A stretch of DNA of 64,000 bases, taken from contig CAVTBV010000013.1 in the NCBI GenBank assembly GCA_963733095.1, positions 192,001 through 256,000 on the forward strand, given 5' to 3'. Position 1 is the first letter of the stretch; each line of letters begins with the position of its first letter. Below are positions 59,650 to 64,000 of this stretch, piece after piece. A model generated the notes under the pieces. That model did not search any database. It had not been told where the DNA came from and saw only the letters and a list, made by a program, of their open reading frames with translations. Source of the stretch: Candidatus Bathyarchaeota archaeon. GTDB lineage: Archaea; Thermoproteota; Bathyarchaeia; Bathyarchaeales; Bathycorpusculaceae. Both the position numbers and the translations under genes were made by a program.

Positions 59650-60720
59650 GTGGGCAACCAATCAATAATAACGCTTTCACGTAGCGAAAAAATCAGAATC
59701 GCCATAATCTTCTCCGTACTCCTAACCATAACCGTCATCGGTTTCTCAGCAGCCTTCGTCATCGGACAAATCGCGGTGGTCTTAGGCGGCTTAGGTATAG
59801 TAGCCTACGTTTTCGGTCTACGCCATGGCGTCGATGCTGACCACATAGCCGCCATCGACAACACAACCCGCAAACTCATGCAGGAAGGAAAACGCCCCTA
59901 CACCGTTGGCATGTGGTTCTCGCTGGGACACTCAACCGTAGTTGTCGCCCTAATCATTGCACTTATATTCGCCACAAGAGCCGTCGCGGCTGATATTCCT
60001 GTCCTGCAAAGCACAGGCACAATCGTCGGCACACTGGTTTCGGGAAGCTTCCTCTGGATTATCGGCTTCATCAACGCAGTCATCGTAATCGGCATCTACA
60101 AAATCTTCCAAACCCTAAAACAGGGCAAACTCAACCAAGAAGAACTAGACAAACTCCTCGAAAACCGCGGCTTCATGAACCGCTTCTTCCGACCCCTCTT
60201 CCGAGTCATAAACAAACCCTGGCACATCTACCCAGTCGGCGTGCTCTTTGGTTTAGGATTCGACACCGCAAGCGAAGTTGCCCTCATAGCCATAAGCGTA
60301 GGCATCGGTGTCTCCACAAGCATCCCACTTTACTACATCCTTGTTCTTCCATTGCTATTCACCTGTGGCATGGTCACAGTCGACACCGCCGATGGTGTAG
60401 CAATGCGACTGGCATACGGCTGGGCTTTCCTCAACCCCGTTAGAAAAATCTACTACAACCTAACCGTCACAGTCATATCCGTACTGGTTGCCTGGGCAAT
60501 AGGCACCATAGAACTCCTGCAAGTGCTCTCCACAGAACTCAACCTCAGCGGATTATTCTGGAGCTGGCTAAATGCCATAAACTTTGAAATGATAGGCTTT
60601 GGAATAATCGGTGTATTCATCGCATCCTGGATAGCTTCCTTTGGCTACTGGCGATACAAAAAATACGACAAGCTCGAACAATTCAAACAGAACCTCCGAG
60701 CTCCGATAAACACCAACTAA
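59650..60720 (+). CDS. NiCoT (HoxN/HupN/NixA) nickel/cobalt permease
   Basis: GLRHGVDADHIAAID, FSLGHST, FGLGFDTASE; GTG at 59650. Confidence 0.93.
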   Translation: MGNQSIITLSRSEKIRIAIIFSVLLTITVIGFSAAFVIGQIAVVLGGLGIVAYVFGLRHGVDADHIAAIDNTTRKLMQEGKRPYTVGMWFSLGHSTVVVALIIALIFATRAVAADIPVLQSTGTIVGTLVSGSFLWIIGFINAVIVIGIYKIFQTLKQGKLNQEELDKLLENRGFMNRFFRPLFRVINKPWHIYPVGVLFGLGFDTASEVALIAISVGIGVSTSIPLYYILVLPLLFTCGMVTVDTADGVAMRLAYGWAFLNPVRKIYYNLTVTVISVLVAWAIGTIELLQVLSTELNLSGLFWSWLNAINFEMIGFGIIGVFIASWIASFGYWRYKKYDKLEQFKQNLRAPINTN

Positions 60721-60773
60721 ACCTCGCGGTCGCTTTGAAAAGTTTTTATCACTGAATTAATCATCTAACGCTG

Positions 60774-61664
60774 ATGTCGGGCAAAGAATTTTTCACAGAC
60801 CGCTACAAACGGTTGGGTTGGCAATATCAAGAGGTGACGTTAAAGCAAGCTATCCGCGTCAACAACACCAACGCGAAAGGAAAAAAACTCTTACAAAGGC
60901 TCTCAGACTTAGGTGTTCACCTACAAAAAATCCCTTTCCTCGAATCAGGCTACTGGGTGATGGACTCCAAAGTTTCCGCTGGCGCAACCGCCGAATACCT
61001 GCTCGGGTTGTATTCAATTCAGGAAGCAGCAGCCCAAATCCCTGTCTCCGTTTTCACTCATCTAAAGGGCAAAAAAGTGCTTGATGTAGCTGCGGCTCCA
61101 GGCGGCAAAACTGTGCATTTGGCTGATTTGATGGAGAACACGGGAGCAATTGTGGCTTTGGATGTAGATAAGTGGCGGTTGAATGCGTTAGTTAACCATT
61201 TGGAACGCTGCCGCGTTAGCAACGCGCTGGTTTACATGTTGGATGCGCGGCAAGTTTCCACGTTAAACATAAATTTTGACAAGATATTAGTCGATGCGCC
61301 TTGCTCAGGAAATTTCGCGGCAGACAAAAACTGGTTCTCAAATCGAACCCTAAAAGACGTGGAGCGCAATGCTGGTTTGCAGCGGGAAATTTTAACAAAA
61401 GCAGCTGAATGCCTCAGCGACGATTGTGAAATGGTTTACTCCACCTGTTCGCTTGAACCTGAAGAGAACGAATTGAATATGGACTGGGCAGTAAAAAACC
61501 TCAACCTCCAAATTGAAGAAATATACTGTGAAGGCGAAAAGGGTTTAACCAACATTTTCGGCAAACAGCTAGACCCGTCGATTAAGCATTGCAGGCGTCT
61601 ATGGCCTGGTGAAACGCAGGGCTTCTTTGTTTGTAAACTGAAAAAACGGAGTCAAAAACCATGA
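60774..61664 (+). CDS. RsmB/NOP2 family RNA m5C methyltransferase
   Basis: IQEAAA, DVAAAPGGKT, DAPCSG, YSTCS..PEENE. Confidence 0.93.
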   Translation: MSGKEFFTDRYKRLGWQYQEVTLKQAIRVNNTNAKGKKLLQRLSDLGVHLQKIPFLESGYWVMDSKVSAGATAEYLLGLYSIQEAAAQIPVSVFTHLKGKKVLDVAAAPGGKTVHLADLMENTGAIVALDVDKWRLNALVNHLERCRVSNALVYMLDARQVSTLNINFDKILVDAPCSGNFAADKNWFSNRTLKDVERNAGLQREILTKAAECLSDDCEMVYSTCSLEPEENELNMDWAVKNLNLQIEEIYCEGEKGLTNIFGKQLDPSIKHCRRLWPGETQGFFVCKLKKRSQKP

Positions 61665-62134
61665 ACACAAGGGCAATAACAGATTTTGCCTCCCAATTCG
61701 GGGTACAAATCGCTTTAAATTTGGATTTAATGGTTGAGAACGCTGGGCGTTTTTACCTTGTAAATCCTACTCTGAAACCCTTAGTTCGGCAGGCTTTCTT
61801 TTCCGCTGGAGTTTATTTGGGGAAAGCTAAGGAGGGAAAGTTCTTTCCAAGTTTTTACTTGCTTGGGATGCTTGCGAAAAAAGAGGCTTATCGAATTATC
61901 TTGGATAGGAAGGCAGCTTGGCTTTTTATCTGTGGCAGGGATGTTTTGAGGAAAAGTATTGTGCGTGTTCAGGGTCCAGGCAAGAAGGATACGAATACTT
62001 TGATGTTCAACGAGTTTGGCGAATGTTTAGGTTTTGGTAGAATTGTTGAAAACCTGCGCGATTCCGTTGTTGGTAATGAAATTGTGGTTAGAAACGTGTT
62101 GGATATCGGTGATTATCTGCGCAGAGAGCGATAA
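61661..62134 (+). CDS. Nip7-like PUA-domain protein
   Basis: F..GRDV, CLGFG, DIGDYLRRER end; overlaps the methyltransferase. Confidence 0.75.
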   Translation: MNTRAITDFASQFGVQIALNLDLMVENAGRFYLVNPTLKPLVRQAFFSAGVYLGKAKEGKFFPSFYLLGMLAKKEAYRIILDRKAAWLFICGRDVLRKSIVRVQGPGKKDTNTLMFNEFGECLGFGRIVENLRDSVVGNEIVVRNVLDIGDYLRRER

Positions 62135-62353
62135 TGGTGAAATTTGGTTATTTGACTAGTTAACTGGTGTTTTTCAACATTTTTTTACAGTGCATAAAGC
62201 AAGTAGTTGTTCGGACATTATTTCAGTGATTTGTGTACTTACTGGACATTTATCTATAATTGCGGAGCGATAAATTTATATATGTTTACGTTTAATCTGA
62301 TTTCCATAACATATGGAGACTAAAGCCAAGCCTCACAAGGAGAAAAATAGAAA

Positions 62354-63718
62354 ATGAAAAATTTCAAAAACCCCGTGTGGAAAGAAGCAGTATCCAAAGT
62401 CATCCAACAAATTCAAGAGCAAGAAATAAAATTTGTTAGACTACAATTCACCGACATAAACGGTATGCTAAAGAACATAGCTGTCAGCTCAAAAAACATG
62501 GAAAGCATCTTTGAAAACGGCCAATCCTTCGACGGATCCTCAATTACCGGTTACCGGCCAATCGAAGAATCAGACATGGTTCTCTTCCCAGACCCATCTA
62601 CCTTTGCAGTTTTACCCTGGAGGCCAAAAGAGAAATCTTCATGCAGACTGCTCTGCGACATTTACACTCCACAGAACAAACGTTTTGAAGGCGACCCGCG
62701 TTATGTCCTTGAAAGAACAATAGAAAAAGCGGCCAAAGCAGGTTACACTTTCATCTGCGCTCCGGAACTAGAGTTCTTCATAGTAAAAGAAAGCGAAACA
62801 GGCGGCCTACCAACACCCATCGACTTAGCAGGTTACTTTGATTTTCACCCAAGCGACCTAACAGACGACTTACGACGCGAAATTGCAGATACTGCTGAAG
62901 CTTTCGGCATAGAAATAGAGCTCAGCCACCACGAAGTCGCATTAGGACAGAACGAAATTGACTTCAAATACGGTGAAGCCCTCGAAACAGCCGACCGCGC
63001 AATAACAATGAAGATGTGCGGCAAAGTTGTGGCTGCACGCGCAGGCTACGTCACTACCTACATGCCTAAACCATTCCAAGGAATCAACGGCAGCGGCATG
63101 CACGTTCACCAAAGCTTATGGAACAAAGACGTAACTCAAAACATGTTCTACTCAGACGACACCAAAAACGGTTACCTCTCAGACATCGCCCGAAACTTCA
63201 TCGGCGGACAACTCGCCCACGGACGAAAGATGGCGGCGATCCTTGACTCATGGCCAAACAGCTACAAACGCTTAGTTCCTGGATACGAAGCCCCAGTCTA
63301 CCTCGCTTGGGCACACAAAAACCGCAGCCCGCTCATCCGCGTGCCCAACTTCGGAGGAAGAAAAGGCGCAGCTAGATGCGAAATCCGCTGTCCAGACGGC
63401 GCAGGAAACCCATACTTACAATTCGCAGTGCTCTTGGCAACAGGTTTAGATGGAATCAAGAATAAGATTGATCCAGGCGATCCAATTGAACTAAACGTAT
63501 ACCACATGACCTACGACGAACGCAAAGCACGCGGCATCGTTTCACTACCCGAATCACTCAAAGAATCACTCGACGAACTCGAAACCAGCGAACTAATGCG
63601 CGAAACACTCGGACAAACAGCCTTTGAGAACTTCCTCAAAGAAAAACGCAACGAATGGGACCTATACCGCACCCAAGTCACCGAGTGGGAAGTTAACCGG
63701 TACATCAAGCGACTCTAA
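62354..63718 (+). CDS. glnA: Glutamine synthetase type I
   Basis: FDGSSI, PELEFF, HHEVA.GQ.EI, MPKP..G.NGSGMH, NSYKRLVPGYEAP. Confidence 0.96.
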   Translation: MKNFKNPVWKEAVSKVIQQIQEQEIKFVRLQFTDINGMLKNIAVSSKNMESIFENGQSFDGSSITGYRPIEESDMVLFPDPSTFAVLPWRPKEKSSCRLLCDIYTPQNKRFEGDPRYVLERTIEKAAKAGYTFICAPELEFFIVKESETGGLPTPIDLAGYFDFHPSDLTDDLRREIADTAEAFGIEIELSHHEVALGQNEIDFKYGEALETADRAITMKMCGKVVAARAGYVTTYMPKPFQGINGSGMHVHQSLWNKDVTQNMFYSDDTKNGYLSDIARNFIGGQLAHGRKMAAILDSWPNSYKRLVPGYEAPVYLAWAHKNRSPLIRVPNFGGRKGAARCEIRCPDGAGNPYLQFAVLLATGLDGIKNKIDPGDPIELNVYHMTYDERKARGIVSLPESLKESLDELETSELMRETLGQTAFENFLKEKRNEWDLYRTQVTEWEVNRYIKRL

Positions 63719-63722
63719 ACCC

Positions 63723-63743
63723 AAAAAAGCCTCTTTTGAGGCT
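63723..63743 (-). terminator. Hairpin plus U-tract between convergent glnA and hisS
   Basis: AGCCTC-TTTT-GAGGCT followed by T6 on the minus strand. Confidence 0.5.
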
Positions 63744-63759
63744 CAAACTTATATTCTTT

Positions 63760-64000
63760 TTAGTTCTTGATTTTTTCAATTAGTTTATCGATTGAAATTA
63801 TGCTTTGCTGTCGATTAGCTAAATCCTTGAGTACCACTGCGTCTTCTTTCAGCTCTCGCTCACCAACGATAACTGCGAAATCTACTTTGCGTTTGTCCGC
63901 ATCTTCGAGGGCTTTCGCGATTTTTCTTCCCATAACCTCAAACTCTACAGTAACCCCACCAGCGCGCAAACGCTGCGTAATCTTGAGTGCTTCAGACTTC
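63760..64000 (-). CDS. hisS: Histidyl-tRNA synthetase, C-terminal anticodon-binding domain (partial)
   Basis: LRAGG.TVE...KAL..AD....FAVIVGERE....V.LKDL; runs off the window edge. Confidence 0.7.
   Translation of the reverse strand, partial: KSEALKITQRLRAGGVTVEFEVMGRKIAKALEDADKRKVDFAVIVGERELKEDAVVLKDLANRQQSIISIDKLIEKIKN

Overview
Archaeal chromosomal segment, most likely Bathyarchaeia. This is an inference from eL13 + eL15, RNase P proteins, a long SmAP3-like Lsm, a class I CCA enzyme, class II HMG-CoA reductase and frequent TTG/GTG starts. Most of the window is housekeeping: an RNase P/ribosomal protein operon, a type IV pilus-like locus (7.1-18.3 kb), glmM/glmU, tgtA, cca/thpR, purA, nadA, nikR plus a NiCoT permease, a Nop2/Nip7-like pair, glnA and the 3' end of hisS. 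An AT-richer accessory region lies at ~22.4-33.6 kb. The best leads are: (1) four co-oriented copies of a ~71-bp imperfect palindrome that divide the accessory region into 1-2 gene modules (attC-like or REP-like); (2) several genes whose SD-positioned in-frame start is a near-cognate codon, three of them ACG; (3) a structured, K-turn-like leader upstream of rpl15e; (4) a NikR-type operator; (5) pilin-like genes lacking a leader peptide. Eight +1 frameshifts look like insertion-type sequencing errors. I recognised no tRNA, rRNA, CRISPR array, integrase or transposase. All product calls come from motif recognition by eye, not database searches.
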